Source: Dechloromonas sp.
GTDB taxonomy: Bacteria > Pseudomonadota > Gammaproteobacteria > Burkholderiales > Rhodocyclaceae
DNA length: 64,000 nucleotides
NCBI GenBank assembly: GCA_016791065.1
Contig: JAEUOD010000120.1
Span: 11,214 to 75,213, forward strand
Direction: 5' to 3'
This document shows, piece after piece, positions 25,888-36,734 of the stretch. Position 1 is the first letter of the stretch; each line of letters opens with the position of its first letter. Both the position numbers and the translations under genes were made by a program. The notes below the pieces were generated by a model, which saw only the letters and a list, made by a program, of their open reading frames with translations, had not been told where the DNA came from and ran no database searches.

Positions 25888-28800
25888 GTGGTGGTAACAA
25901 AACCACCCAGTCGTCGCAACGTGGTGCCCCTCGTGATGCTCGCTTACGCGGTGCTGGGCTGCGTCAGCCTGCTGCTGGCCGCGCCACCAGGCTATGCTAG
26001 CCCGATGTTCCCGGCGGCTGGCCTGGCCCTTGCCGCAGCCTTGGTTTTCGGCCGCGCCGCTTTGCCCGGCGTCTGGCTTGGCTCGTTGGCAACCAATCTC
26101 CTGGCGGCCTGGCAGAACACGGCGCTGGACGGCACGGCAGTTCTAGCCGCCCTGGTGATCGCCTGTGGCGCGGGCCTGCAGGCATGGGCCGGGCGCGGAC
26201 TGGTCTTGCGCGGGCTCGGCGAATATTGGCGTTTCCTGGCGCTGGAGCGGAACGTTGCACTGTTCCTGCTGCTCGGTGGGCCGCTTGCCTGTTTGATCGG
26301 GGCCAGTATCGGTGCGACCTGTTTATGGATGCTCGGCATCGTGTCGGGGCCCAGCTTCGCGTTTACCTGGTGGTCGTGGTACGTCGGCGATGCGCTCGGT
26401 GTGGCGATCGGAGCGCCGCTTGTCCTTTGCCTGTTGCGCGGCGACGATGCGCTTTGGGCATTGCGTCGGCGCCGCCTGATCGTACCGATGCTGCTGCTGA
26501 TGCTGCTGGTCGGCGGTGCGTTGGTCGGTGCTGCGCGCTGGGAAAACGAGAGCCAGGCCGTACGCCTGGCGAACCATGGTGAAGCGTTGGCCAGGGGCAT
26601 TTCCCAGCGCCTGATCGCCCACCGTGAGGCTCTGCAGGCACTCGGCCGCTACATCGAACTGACGCCCCGGATCGATGGCCGCCAGTTCGCCTATTTCACC
26701 CGTACCACGTTGGCCGAAGATCCCGATGTCTTCGCCCTGAGCTATAACCCCCATGTAGTTCATGCCGGGCGCGCCGCTTTCGAGCGCGACATGGCTGGAC
26801 GGCTCGGCATTCCCGATTTCACGATCACTGACCGCGATGACGACGGCCGGCTGCGACCATCGCCGGAGAAGGAAGAATACTTTCCCGTCGGCCTTATTGC
26901 TCCCTTGCCGGCCAATCGGCAGGCGCTCGGCTTCGACATCCATGCCGATCCGGTTCGCCACGATGCTATCGAGCGCGCCACCACCGCCGGCGACATTGCC
27001 GCTACTGCACCCGTCCGCCTGATTCAGGACCTGGAGCCGACGGTCGGCATTCTCATGCTCTCGCCCATTCGCGCCAACGGCACGGCAATCGACGGCTTTG
27101 CGGTACTTGTCATCCGGGTTGGCGAGATGGTCGATCTTGCTACCCGCGCCAGTCGGGTGGCTGGCTTGCGTTTGCGTTTGAGCGATTCGGCGGCGGACGC
27201 GGAACAGTCGATCCTTTACAACTCGCCCGGTGGCGAGGTGGGTGCCTTGCCCCAATGGCAATGGCGCACCGAGATAGCCGTGGCGGATCGCCTCTGGCAG
27301 CTTTCCGTGATTCCGACCGAGCGCTATTTTCAGCATCAGCGGCACTGGATTTCCTGGCTGGCCGGCAGTATCGGCCTATTGCTGACGGCGCTTCTCCAGG
27401 TTCTGATGTTGGGCATGACCGGGCGGACCGTGGCGATCCAGCGCAAGGTCGACGAACAGACGGCGGAACTGCGACAGAAGAACACCCAATTGGCGCAGAG
27501 CGAGGCGCGCTACCACAGCCTGTTCGAGAACAACCATTCGGTCATGCTGATCATCGACCCCGAGGATGGCCGCATCGTCGATGCCAATGCGGCAGCCAGC
27601 CGTTATTACGGATGGCCGCGCGAGGTATTGCTGACGATGAACATCGGCGCGATCAATACGCTGTCGGCCGAGGAGCTTCGTACCGAAATGGAACGGGCAA
27701 GGCGGGAGCAACGCCGGCATTTCCAGTTCCGGCATCGTCTTGCCGACGGAACGATCCGCGATGTCGAGTCGTTCAGCGGTCCGATCTCGATCGGCGGCCG
27801 CGATTTTCTCTACTCGATCGTTCACGACATCACCGAAAAGTGCCGCCTGGAAGGCGAACTCGATCATTACCGCCAGCACCTTGAGGAGTTGGTCCGCCTG
27901 CGTACCGATGAACTCAATGTCGCCAAGGTGCAGGCGGAGTCGGCCAATCTGGCGAAGAGTGCCTTCCTCGCCAACATGAGCCACGAAATCCGCACGCCGA
28001 TGAACGCCATCATCGGCATGACCCACCTGCTGCAGCGCGATCATCCCACGGAGAGCCAACTGGCTCGCCTCAACAAGATCAGCCTGGCCTCCCGACACCT
28101 GCTCTCGGTGATCAACGACATCCTCGACCTCTCCAAGATCGATGCCGGGCGTTTGCAGCTGGAGATGGTCGATTTCACCCTGGCCGACGTCCTCGACAAT
28201 GTCGCCTCGCTGATCGCCGAAGCGGCTCGCGACAAGGGGCTCAGTCTGACGGTGGATGGCGATGGCGTGCCGGTCTGGTTGCACGGCGATCCGATGCGCT
28301 TGCGCCAGGCATTGCTCAATTTCGCGGCCAATGCCGTGAAGTTTACGGAGCACGGCGGCATAACCCTGCAAGCGTCACTGCTCGAAGAAAGCGGTGAGAT
28401 GCTCAAGATTCGTTTTGCCGTGACTGACAGCGGCGTCGGTATTCCGCCCGAGAAACAGGATCGCCTGTTCGAGGCCTTCGAGCAGGCCGATGTATCGACC
28501 ACCCGGAAATATGGCGGCACCGGGCTGGGGCTAGCGATCTCGCGGCATCTGGCCGAAATGATGGGTGGGGAGGTCGGTGTCGATAGCGCTGAGGGCAAGG
28601 GCAGCACCTTCTGGTTCACTGCCTGCCTGCAGCGGGGGCAGGGGCGTTCAGTGCCGGCCGGGCGCGAGCGGCAGGCCGTGGCCGACGCCGAACTCGAATT
28701 GCGTAGCCGGCATGCCCGCGCCCGCCTCCTGCTGGTCGAAGACAACGTGATCAACCAGGAGGTTGCCTGCGATCTCCTGCGCGCTGCCGACCTGGTTGTC

Positions 28801-29772
28801 GATGTCGCGGGCAACGGGCGGGAGGCGATCGAGCGGATCAGTCGTGCCGACTACGACCTGATCCTGATGGATGTCCAGATGCCGGAGATGGACGGCATGG
28901 CGGCCACACGCGCCATTCGTTGCCTGCCCGGCTGGCAGGACAAGCCGATCCTGGCAATGACGGCCAATGCCTTCGATGAGGATCGCCATGCCTGTCTCGA
29001 TGCCGGCATGAACGATTTCGTCGCCAAGCCGGTCGAGCCCAAGCTGCTCTACCGGAGTCTGCTCAAATGGCTGCCCGGCCGGTCGCCGACCGATGTGCCG
29101 CCAGTTGCCGATATCAATGCCGCCGCCGTTGCCGATGACCCTGCCGTCGATGCGATGCTTGCGGCGCTGGCCGAGGTGCCCGGGCTCGACGTGCGGGCCG
29201 GGCTGGAAATACTGGGTGGCAGGAAGGCCAATTACCTCCATGTGCTCGACCTTTTCGTCGCTTCCCACGTTTCCAGCGTGGTTCAGTTGCGGGCCTTGCT
29301 CGCCAGCGGGCAGCTGGATGAAGCACGCCTCCTCGCCCATTCGCTGAAGGGGGCTGCCGCCAGTATCGGTGCCGAGGGCGTACGCGAAGCGGCAGGAGCG
29401 CTCGAAATGGCCCTCCGTGACGCGGCCGCCCCAGCCGTCATCGAGCCCGTGCTGACCCGCTTTGCCTATCGGCTCGACAGTCTGCTCGATCGTGTCGCCG
29501 GGCTGCTACCGAGCCTCTCGAGCATTTCCAAGGCCGCTCGCGATATGGCGTGGCCGGACATCAGCGAATGGTTGAAGCAGTTGGAAGGGTATCTGCAGGT
29601 CGGTGACGTGAGGGCGCTCGAACTCTGTCGCGAGGATGGCGGCGAGGTCTCGGCAAGACTCGGCGATGAAGGCAAAGCCCTGATGCGTGATGTCGAACGC
29701 TTCGCCTTCGAGCAGGCGCATGCCCAGATCGCCACCTTGCGTCGGATGCATCCCGAACTCGGCGGCCATTAG
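25888..29772 (+). CDS. Hybrid sensor kinase (MASE1, CHASE, PAS, HisKA, HATPase, REC, HPt)
   Basis: Multi-TM N-terminus with W.GD..G, N.QALGFD CHASE motif, [23 protein letters not shown] HPt. Confidence 0.93.
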   Translation: MVVTKPPSRRNVVPLVMLAYAVLGCVSLLLAAPPGYASPMFPAAGLALAAALVFGRAALPGVWLGSLATNLLAAWQNTALDGTAVLAALVIACGAGLQAWAGRGLVLRGLGEYWRFLALERNVALFLLLGGPLACLIGASIGATCLWMLGIVSGPSFAFTWWSWYVGDALGVAIGAPLVLCLLRGDDALWALRRRRLIVPMLLLMLLVGGALVGAARWENESQAVRLANHGEALARGISQRLIAHREALQALGRYIELTPRIDGRQFAYFTRTTLAEDPDVFALSYNPHVVHAGRAAFERDMAGRLGIPDFTITDRDDDGRLRPSPEKEEYFPVGLIAPLPANRQALGFDIHADPVRHDAIERATTAGDIAATAPVRLIQDLEPTVGILMLSPIRANGTAIDGFAVLVIRVGEMVDLATRASRVAGLRLRLSDSAADAEQSILYNSPGGEVGALPQWQWRTEIAVADRLWQLSVIPTERYFQHQRHWISWLAGSIGLLLTALLQVLMLGMTGRTVAIQRKVDEQTAELRQKNTQLAQSEARYHSLFENNHSVMLIIDPEDGRIVDANAAASRYYGWPREVLLTMNIGAINTLSAEELRTEMERARREQRRHFQFRHRLADGTIRDVESFSGPISIGGRDFLYSIVHDITEKCRLEGELDHYRQHLEELVRLRTDELNVAKVQAESANLAKSAFLANMSHEIRTPMNAIIGMTHLLQRDHPTESQLARLNKISLASRHLLSVINDILDLSKIDAGRLQLEMVDFTLADVLDNVASLIAEAARDKGLSLTVDGDGVPVWLHGDPMRLRQALLNFAANAVKFTEHGGITLQASLLEESGEMLKIRFAVTDSGVGIPPEKQDRLFEAFEQADVSTTRKYGGTGLGLAISRHLAEMMGGEVGVDSAEGKGSTFWFTACLQRGQGRSVPAGRERQAVADAELELRSRHARARLLLVEDNVINQEVACDLLRAADLVVDVAGNGREAIERISRADYDLILMDVQMPEMDGMAATRAIRCLPGWQDKPILAMTANAFDEDRHACLDAGMNDFVAKPVEPKLLYRSLLKWLPGRSPTDVPPVADINAAAVADDPAVDAMLAALAEVPGLDVRAGLEILGGRKANYLHVLDLFVASHVSSVVQLRALLASGQLDEARLLAHSLKGAAASIGAEGVREAAGALEMALRDAAAPAVIEPVLTRFAYRLDSLLDRVAGLLPSLSSISKAARDMAWPDISEWLKQLEGYLQVGDVRALELCREDGGEVSARLGDEGKALMRDVERFAFEQAHAQIATLRRMHPELGGH

Positions 29773-29785
29773 CGCGGTCAGCGCG

Positions 29786-30946
29786 TCAGTTTTCCTGGCG
29801 GAAGGGGAGGTGGGCCGTCGCTTCCTCGGCGTAGGCCCGGATGGCGATTTCCTGGCGGGCCAAGTGCTGGCCGATGAGGTGACGCATGCGTGGGTCGGCA
29901 ATCCAGTGGCAGGAACTTACGATGGTCGGCGCGAAGCCGCGTGCGACCTTGTGTTCTCCGCCGGCGCCGGGCTCGAAGCAGCGCAGGCCCTGATCCAGAC
30001 AATAGGCGATGCCCTGGTAGAAGCAGAGTTCGAAATGCAGGCTGTGGTAGCCACCGCTGGTGCCCCAGTAGCGTCCGTAGAGCGTGTCGTCGCTGCGAAA
30101 GCAGATCGAAATGGCGACGGGTTCGCCCGCTGAATAGGCGATGAAGAGCACCACGCGGCGGCCGAGTGTGGCCGCCAGTTCGGCAAAGGCGCCAGCGGTG
30201 AAGGCGGCGTAATTGCCGAACTTGTCGAAGGTGCTGGCGTAGAGGCGATGCAGGGCAGGCCATTCGCCGGGTTCGATCTCATCGCCATGACGAACGGCGA
30301 TGGTGAGGCCGCTTTCGGCCACCTTGCGCCGCTCAGCCCGTACCTTGCGCCGGGGCTCGGACGAGAAGGCGGCGAGGTAGCCGGCGAAGTCGCCATAGTC
30401 CCGGTCGCGCCACTGGAATTGCACGGTATGGCTGAGCAGCAGGTCGTGGGCCTGGAAGTGCGGAATCTCTGCCTCGGCAGGCATGGCGATGTGCCATGAG
30501 GAGAGGCCGTTTGCCTCCACCGTCGCTTTCCCGGCACTAACCAGCGCATCGCGCAGCGCGTCGGCGTCCGGTGTCGCCTCGACCAGCAGGCGCGATCCTC
30601 GCGCCGGGGTGTGCGGTACGCCGGTCAGCAGTTTCGGGTAGTAGCGCTTGCCCAGTTGCTCGTAGGCCGCTGCCCACGACCAGTCGCGGACGAAGTCGCC
30701 ATGCGAGTTGTTCTTGAGGTAGGTGGGTGCCAGGCCGCGCAGGCGGCCCTTGTCATCCTTGAGCAACAGGTGGTGGGCCTGCCAGCCACAGGCTGGGCCC
30801 GCCGATCCATGTATTTCGAGCGTGCTGATGAAGCGGCCGTCGAGAAAGGGAGCTACTGCCGGGCTGAGGTGCCTCCAGTCGGCCTCCGGGATGGCACTGG
30901 CAGCAGTGACGGTTTCAGCGACGATCGAGGACATGATGGGCGGCAC
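29786..30946 (-). CDS. GNAT/FemAB-like protein (DUF482 type); alternative start 30934
   Basis: YLK.NSHGDFV.DW.WA, YYPKL, LYGRYWG, LHFELCFYQGI, GAGGEHK.ARGF. Confidence 0.88.
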   Translation of the reverse strand: MPPIMSSIVAETVTAASAIPEADWRHLSPAVAPFLDGRFISTLEIHGSAGPACGWQAHHLLLKDDKGRLRGLAPTYLKNNSHGDFVRDWSWAAAYEQLGKRYYPKLLTGVPHTPARGSRLLVEATPDADALRDALVSAGKATVEANGLSSWHIAMPAEAEIPHFQAHDLLLSHTVQFQWRDRDYGDFAGYLAAFSSEPRRKVRAERRKVAESGLTIAVRHGDEIEPGEWPALHRLYASTFDKFGNYAAFTAGAFAELAATLGRRVVLFIAYSAGEPVAISICFRSDDTLYGRYWGTSGGYHSLHFELCFYQGIAYCLDQGLRCFEPGAGGEHKVARGFAPTIVSSCHWIADPRMRHLIGQHLARQEIAIRAYAEEATAHLPFRQEN

Positions 30947-31021
30947 AGGGTGGTTGAGGCAGTGAGAGTGCCCGCGCTGCCGGGGGTTCCGGGAAAAATG
31001 CCGCGTGTTTTCGTGCCCGGT

Positions 31022-31669
31022 TCAGGCCAGCGTCTTGATGATGGCGGGCAGGGCGCTGGCCAGTTGCTCGGCGCTCATCGGCGCCTCGGCCAGCCAGCGG
31101 CTGCGCCGCTCGCCCGCCAGGTAGTCGATGCCATAGGCGTCGATGCCGAGCAGGCGGATGCCGGGAGCCGAATGTTTTTCGGCCTCGGCGAGCAGGTCGG
31201 CTTCCTCGGTTGCGGTCAGGCGCTTCGCGGCCGCCCAGTCATTGATGCCCAGCCAGCCCATACGGCCCATGCCGGCGATGTAGCGGGCGCGTTCGACGTG
31301 CATCCGGAAAAACATGAAATCGAGCTGCAGGTACTGTTCGGCCGCCGGCAGGTAGCGGCAATAGCGGGCGATGGTTTCGGCTGGGGCGGAAAACGGGGTG
31401 AAGTCGCCGACCAGGGTCAGGCGGGCGGCTTCCTGGATATTCGCGTTGCAGTTTTCGGAGACGGCCAGGCTGGCCCGACCATCGGCCAGCAGGTTGCGGG
31501 TGTGCTCGGCCAGGGCGCTGACCAGCAGCAGCGGACAGTGCGCCTCATCGACTACCAGCGGAATCGGCGTGGCGTAGGGATAGCCGGGCATCGGGGTCGA
31601 ATGCGTGGCAAGCACCGCCTGGGGCGTGGCATGCAGCAGATGGAAGGCGGCGCTGGGTTCGATCTTCAT
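31022..31669 (-). CDS. HugZ/pyridoxamine-phosphate-oxidase-like split-barrel protein
   Basis: LATHS..MPGYPY, S.LAEHTRNL..D.RASL, RLTLVG, RYIAG.GRMGW; ATGA overlap with the GIY-YIG gene. Confidence 0.85.
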   Translation of the reverse strand: MKIEPSAAFHLLHATPQAVLATHSTPMPGYPYATPIPLVVDEAHCPLLLVSALAEHTRNLLADGRASLAVSENCNANIQEAARLTLVGDFTPFSAPAETIARYCRYLPAAEQYLQLDFMFFRMHVERARYIAGMGRMGWLGINDWAAAKRLTATEEADLLAEAEKHSAPGIRLLGIDAYGIDYLAGERRSRWLAEAPMSAEQLASALPAIIKTLA

Positions 31670-31947
31670 GCGATGGCGGGCTCGGGTGGGGTCAGGGTCG
31701 TGGCGAAGCGGCGCTTCTCCGGCGCGCTCAATTGCTTGATACGGTATTCGGCGGCGCTGGCCGAGGAGCGGTCGGGGTACTGCTCGAAACCGAGCAGCCG
31801 GGCAGGAGGATGCGAGCGCGTATAGCGGGCGCCGCTTCCCTTGCAGTGGGCGGCATAGCGGGCCGCGACGTCGACCGCGATGCCGGTGTAGATGCTGCCA
31901 TCGGCACATTCGATCAGGTAGAGGAACCAGGGTCGCGTTTGCCGCAT
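31666..31947 (-). CDS. GIY-YIG nuclease (UPF0213/YhbQ-like)
   Basis: WFLYLIECADGSIYTGI, GSGARYTR, AEYRIKQL. Confidence 0.9.
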   Translation of the reverse strand: MRQTRPWFLYLIECADGSIYTGIAVDVAARYAAHCKGSGARYTRSHPPARLLGFEQYPDRSSASAAEYRIKQLSAPEKRRFATTLTPPEPAIA

Positions 31948-31960
31948 GCTGCGATCCCGG

Positions 31961-33649
31961 CTATTCGAGGTGCTCGACCATCAACTGCGTGGTTTCGACG
32001 CCCATGTACTCGTTGATCGACAGCCGGTAGGCGAGGCGCGTGTTGTGCGCCGGCTGCTTGCTGAAATTGAACTGGATGGCGTCGATCCGGGTGTTGCCCT
32101 TGCGCAGGCGCAGCTTGAGGTGCTTTTCCTTGAGCACGCGCTGCTGCTCGACCTCGAATTCGTCCATGAACAGGGGCGCCGGGAAGCCCTGGCCCCAGAT
32201 CTCGTTTTCCAGCAGGCGGGCGGTTTCCAGCGAGAAATAGCCGCCTTCGAGCGCACCATCGGTTTCCAGCGTGCGGGTCAGGTCGGCCGGGTCGAGCAGT
32301 TCGCCGGCAACCTGGGCGAAGAGATCGCGGAATTGCGCAAAGTTTTCTTCACGCAGCGTTGCGCCGGCCGCCATGGCATGGCCGCCGAAGCGCACAAGCA
32401 GGTCCGGTGCGCGCTTGGCGACGAGATCCAGTGCATCGCGCAGATGCAGGCCAGGGATCGAGCGGCCGGAACCCTTGATCAGGCCGCCTTCGCCGGGCGC
32501 GAAGGCGAACACCGGGCGGTGCAGCTTGTCCTTGATGCGCGAGGCGAGAATGCCGACGACACCTTCGTGCCAGCCTTCGTCGAAGAGCGCGATGCCAGGG
32601 GCGGCGTCGCTGGTGTCGAGCGATTCGAGCAGGATCAGTGCCTGTTCCTGCATGCCGGATTCGATCTCGCGGCGCTCACGGTTCAGTGCGTCGAGCTGTT
32701 GGGCAATGTTGAGGGCGCGAGCCGGGTCGTCGGTGAGCAGGGCTTCGACGCCGAGGCGCATGTCGGCAAGCCGCCCGGCAGCGTTGAGGCGGGGGCCGAG
32801 GATGAAGCCGAGATCCATCGCTGTCGCCCGCTTCGGGTCGCGGCCGGCCGCCTTGAAGAGGGCGGCCAATCCAGGCTGCAACTGGCCGGCGCGCATGCGT
32901 TTCAGGCCCTGGCTGACGAGTATGCGGTTGTTGCGGTCGAGTTTGACGACGTCGGCGACGGTGCCCAGCGCGACCAGATCGAGCAGGCTGGCGAAGTTCG
33001 GTTCCGGGCGCTCGGCGAAGAAGCCGCGCTCGCGCAATTCGGCGCGCAGGGCGAGCATGACGTAGAACATGACGCCGACGCCGGCGATGCATTTCGACGG
33101 GAAGTCGCAGCCCGGCTGGTTCGGGTTCACGATGCAGTCGGCGTCGGGCAGGGTCTCCGCCGGCAGGTGGTGGTCGGTGATCAGCGTCGCGATGCCGTGC
33201 TCGCGGGCGCGATTGACCCCTTCGATGCTGGCGATGCCGTTGTCGACGGTAATGATCAGGTCGGGCGACTGCTCGGCGGCGAGATCGACGATTTCCGGTG
33301 ACAGGCCGTAGCCGAGCTTGAAGCGGTCGGGGAGCAGGAAATTGACGTTGGCGCCGAGCATCTTCAGGGCGCGCATGCCGACCGCAGTGGCGGTGGCGCC
33401 GTCGCAGTCGTAGTCGCCGATGATCAGCAGGCTGGCCTCGGCCTCGATGGCATCGGCCAGAATCTGCGCTGCGTCCATCGCATGGGTCAGGGAGGTGGGC
33501 GGCAACAGCGATTTCAGTTCGTAATCGAGCTCAGCCTTGTCGGTGACGCCGCGCGATGCATAAAGGCGGGCGAGCAGCGGATGCAGGCCCTGCTGTTCGA
33601 GTTGCCAGACGACCCGCTGCGGGATGCTGCGCTTGACGATGCGGGTCAC
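31961..33649 (-). CDS. recJ: ssDNA exonuclease RecJ
   Basis: GDYDCDG, TVDNG, TDHH, GTVADVV, PRLNAAGRL, GSGRS, FGGHAMAAG; GTG start overlapping the upstream stop. Confidence 0.97.
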   Translation of the reverse strand: MTRIVKRSIPQRVVWQLEQQGLHPLLARLYASRGVTDKAELDYELKSLLPPTSLTHAMDAAQILADAIEAEASLLIIGDYDCDGATATAVGMRALKMLGANVNFLLPDRFKLGYGLSPEIVDLAAEQSPDLIITVDNGIASIEGVNRAREHGIATLITDHHLPAETLPDADCIVNPNQPGCDFPSKCIAGVGVMFYVMLALRAELRERGFFAERPEPNFASLLDLVALGTVADVVKLDRNNRILVSQGLKRMRAGQLQPGLAALFKAAGRDPKRATAMDLGFILGPRLNAAGRLADMRLGVEALLTDDPARALNIAQQLDALNRERREIESGMQEQALILLESLDTSDAAPGIALFDEGWHEGVVGILASRIKDKLHRPVFAFAPGEGGLIKGSGRSIPGLHLRDALDLVAKRAPDLLVRFGGHAMAAGATLREENFAQFRDLFAQVAGELLDPADLTRTLETDGALEGGYFSLETARLLENEIWGQGFPAPLFMDEFEVEQQRVLKEKHLKLRLRKGNTRIDAIQFNFSKQPAHNTRLAYRLSINEYMGVETTQLMVEHLE

Positions 33650-34680
33650 GGGTTTCCTTCGGCCAGGCTGGCGGCCAGGGTGGCGAGCGGGCGGCTCTTG
33701 CGCCAGAATTTCCAGCGATCGCGGCCAGTCAGCGACCAGCGCAGTTCGCCGTAGATGGTTGGAGCGACGATGTCGACGCCTTCGATCTGCCGGCCGAGCG
33801 CGCCGCGCAGCGGGGCGAACCAGTCGCGATCGAGGGTCTGCAGGCTTTGGCGCCAGCCTTCGCTGTCCTCGTAAAGTACCTTGGGCAGCAGGCCGTCGAG
33901 GACGACGAGCTGATTGGTTTCGCGGGAGGCCAGGCTGAGCAGTCGTTCGAGATTGGCTGGCAGCGGATGGACCGGCGTGCCGCCGGCGCGGGCGAGGCCG
34001 ACGGCCAGCGGGTTGTCGCTCCAGAGTGCCGTGAAATGACCGGGCTGTGGTCGTTGCAGGCGGCCGCCGCCCCACAGCCAGAGGCTGTTGATCACCGGCT
34101 TGCCGACCTGCTCGCGGTGCTGGTTGACCGGTTGACCGTGCAGGAACATCTGCACTTCGTTGAGCCAGCGGGTGAGGGTGGCGTTCTTGTCGGAAAGCTC
34201 GCTGTCGATGCGACGTCCGGCGATTGCCGAGAGCGGTTCGGCGTGGTGCTCGGTCGGCGTGTTCAGGCGCAGGTACCAGCGGCGGGCGCTGGCGACGTGA
34301 AATTGGCCAATGTCAGCGAATTCCGCATTGAGTGCCGCGGCCAATGCTGCGGCTTCGTAGTCGGCAAGTTCGAAGGCGCCGGCATCGGCCAGGATGATGC
34401 GTTCGTGGTGAAAGCGCAGATGTACCGGGTCGGCACACAGCCAGTGGCCATCGACCGCCTTCTCGCTGATGTCCTCGCCGAGCAGGCGCAGGGCACCGTA
34501 GGTCGCTTGCTTGAGGCCGAATTGCCCGGCCAGCGAGGCTTCGAAGGCGAGGCGCGGTTGTCGGCGGAAATCTCCGCGAGCGGCCAGCCACTCGATACCG
34601 GGCGCGGGCAGCTTCCCGAGGGTGTGCTGGTCGGCGGGTTCGGGCCAGATCAGTTCGGGGACGAGCAGGGTGAGACGCAC
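33646..34680 (-). CDS. RpfE-type / phosphoglycerate-mutase-like conserved protein upstream of recJ
   Basis: WLCADPVHL, LNEVQMFLH..PVN..RE..G...INSLWLWG; GTG start at 34680. Confidence 0.8.
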   Translation of the reverse strand: MRLTLLVPELIWPEPADQHTLGKLPAPGIEWLAARGDFRRQPRLAFEASLAGQFGLKQATYGALRLLGEDISEKAVDGHWLCADPVHLRFHHERIILADAGAFELADYEAAALAAALNAEFADIGQFHVASARRWYLRLNTPTEHHAEPLSAIAGRRIDSELSDKNATLTRWLNEVQMFLHGQPVNQHREQVGKPVINSLWLWGGGRLQRPQPGHFTALWSDNPLAVGLARAGGTPVHPLPANLERLLSLASRETNQLVVLDGLLPKVLYEDSEGWRQSLQTLDRDWFAPLRGALGRQIEGVDIVAPTIYGELRWSLTGRDRWKFWRKSRPLATLAASLAEGNP

Positions 34681-34756
34681 GGGGAGCGGGGCCAGGCAGG
34701 GGAGGGAAAGGCCGATGAGTGTACCATAGCGACTTTTCCCGCCCGAGCCTCTCTGC

Positions 34757-36004
34757 ATGGCATTGCCGTACGAACTGATGATCGGCCTGCGCTATACGCG
34801 GGCCAAGCGTCGCAACCATTTCATTTCCTTCATTTCGCTGATCTCCATGCTCGGCATCGGGCTTGGCGTCGCCGCGCTGATCGTCGTGCTCTCGGTGATG
34901 AACGGCTTCCAGAAGGAATTGCGCACGCGCATTCTCGGCGTCGCCTCGCATATCCAGATCACCGGCATCAACGGTGAACTGGAGAATTGGCCGGCGATCG
35001 CTGCCCAGGCCAAGAAACACCCGGAGGTCCGCGACTCGGCACCGTTCGTCCAGTCGCAGGCGATGTTCACCGTCGATGGCAGCGTCAAGGGTGCGCTGGT
35101 GCGCGGCATCCTGCCCGATCAGGAGGACCGCGTCGCCGATTTTCGCAAGACGATCAAGAGCGGCAGCCTCGACGCCCTGCGCCCGGGAGAGTTCGGTGTC
35201 GTCCTTGGCGCCGACCTGGCCCGCTCGCTACGCGTGTTCACCGGCGACAAGGTGACGCTGATCGCGCCCCAGGGTACGGTGACGCCAGCCGGCGTCGTGC
35301 CGCGCCTGAAATCCTTCAAGGTGGTCGGCATCTTCGAGGTCGGGATGTACGAATACGATTCTGGCCTCGCCCTGATCAACCTCGAGGACGCCCAGAGGCT
35401 CTACCAGATGGAGGACCGGGTGACCGGCGTGCGGCTCAAGGTGGACGACCTCTTCATGGCGCCGCGTATCGCGCGCGAGCTGGTCGGCTACATCGATGCC
35501 GACGCCTACCTGCACGACTGGACGAAGAGCCACGCCAATTTCTTCCGCGCCGTGCAGATCGAGAAAACCATGATGTTCATCATTCTTTCGCTGATCGTCG
35601 CCGTGGCAGCATTCAACCTGGTGTCGACGCTGGTCATGGCGGTCACCGACAAGCAGGCCGATATCGCCATCCTGCGGACCCTCGGGGCAAGGCCGCTGTC
35701 GATCATGGGCGTGTTCATGATCCAGGGGGCGCTGGTCGGCTTCATCGGCCTCGGCCTGGGTATCGTCGGCGGTGTCGCCCTGGCGCTCAACATCGATGTC
35801 GTGGTGCCATTCATTGAAAGGGTTTTCGGGGTGCAGTTCCTGTCGAAAGAGGTCTATTACATTTCCGACCTGCCATCCGACCTGCAATGGGGTGATGTCT
35901 GGGGTGTCACCCTGATCGCCTTCGTCCTCGCGCTGCTCGCCACGCTCTACCCGAGCTGGCGCGCGTCCCGCGTCAATCCGGCGGAGGCGCTGCGTTATGA
36001 GTGA
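34757..36004 (+). CDS. lolC: Lipoprotein-releasing ABC transporter permease LolC/E
   Basis: [39 protein letters not shown]. Confidence 0.95.
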   Translation: MALPYELMIGLRYTRAKRRNHFISFISLISMLGIGLGVAALIVVLSVMNGFQKELRTRILGVASHIQITGINGELENWPAIAAQAKKHPEVRDSAPFVQSQAMFTVDGSVKGALVRGILPDQEDRVADFRKTIKSGSLDALRPGEFGVVLGADLARSLRVFTGDKVTLIAPQGTVTPAGVVPRLKSFKVVGIFEVGMYEYDSGLALINLEDAQRLYQMEDRVTGVRLKVDDLFMAPRIARELVGYIDADAYLHDWTKSHANFFRAVQIEKTMMFIILSLIVAVAAFNLVSTLVMAVTDKQADIAILRTLGARPLSIMGVFMIQGALVGFIGLGLGIVGGVALALNIDVVVPFIERVFGVQFLSKEVYYISDLPSDLQWGDVWGVTLIAFVLALLATLYPSWRASRVNPAEALRYE

Positions 36005-36674
36005 GGCAATCATCGAGGCAAGCGGGTTGGGCAAGACGTTTTCCGGCGGCGGCCTGGAAGTGCCGGTATTACGGGGGGTCGATATCGCGATCCAGCCCGG
36101 CGAGACGGTGGCCATTGTCGGCGCCTCCGGTTCCGGAAAAAGCACCCTGCTGCACCTGCTGGGTGGGCTCGATGCGCCGTCGACCGGCAGCGTCAGGCTG
36201 ATGGGGCGCGATTTCTCGGCACTCGGCGAGGCGGCGCGCGGCGACTGGCGTAACCGCCATCTCGGCTTCGTCTACCAGTTCCACCATCTGCTGCCCGAAT
36301 TTTCGGCCCTGGAAAATGTGGCCATGCCGCTGTTTATCAGGCGCGTTGAACGCGCTGCGGCACTTGCCAAGGCAGCGGACATGCTCGCTGCCGTCGGCCT
36401 CGGCCATCGCCTGGAACACCGTCCGGGCGAACTGTCGGGCGGCGAACGCCAGCGGGCGGCGATCGCCCGGGCCATGGTCAGCGATCCCTCCTGTCTGCTG
36501 GCCGATGAACCGACGGGCAATCTCGACAGTCAGACCGCGACCGGCGTCTTCGAATTGTTGCTGGAGCGTGTCCGCAGTCAGCGCGCCAGTCTGATCATGG
36601 TGACCCATGACCGACAACTGGCCGCCCGGGCTGATCGTGTTTTGAGCTTGAATGACGGGGCACTGGACGTGTAG
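35997..36674 (+). CDS. lolD: Lipoprotein-releasing ABC transporter ATPase LolD
   Basis: [19 protein letters not shown] LolD motif, [14 protein letters not shown]. Confidence 0.95.
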   Translation: MSEAIIEASGLGKTFSGGGLEVPVLRGVDIAIQPGETVAIVGASGSGKSTLLHLLGGLDAPSTGSVRLMGRDFSALGEAARGDWRNRHLGFVYQFHHLLPEFSALENVAMPLFIRRVERAAALAKAADMLAAVGLGHRLEHRPGELSGGERQRAAIARAMVSDPSCLLADEPTGNLDSQTATGVFELLLERVRSQRASLIMVTHDRQLAARADRVLSLNDGALDV

Positions 36675-36734
36675 TCTGTCAGTGCGTGATTCAGTAATAA
36701 TGCAATAAGAATAATCCCCGGTTGGAGGTCTATC

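Noticed and set aside
27840-28160. Sequence similarity among kinase cores at about 16700-17050, 27840-28160 and 45420-45740
   Set aside because: Paralogous HisKA conservation, not a mobile repeat
31666-31947. GIY-YIG gene as a homing endonuclease or defence system
   Set aside because: Short stand-alone UPF0213 type within the recJ transcription unit; no intron or defence context
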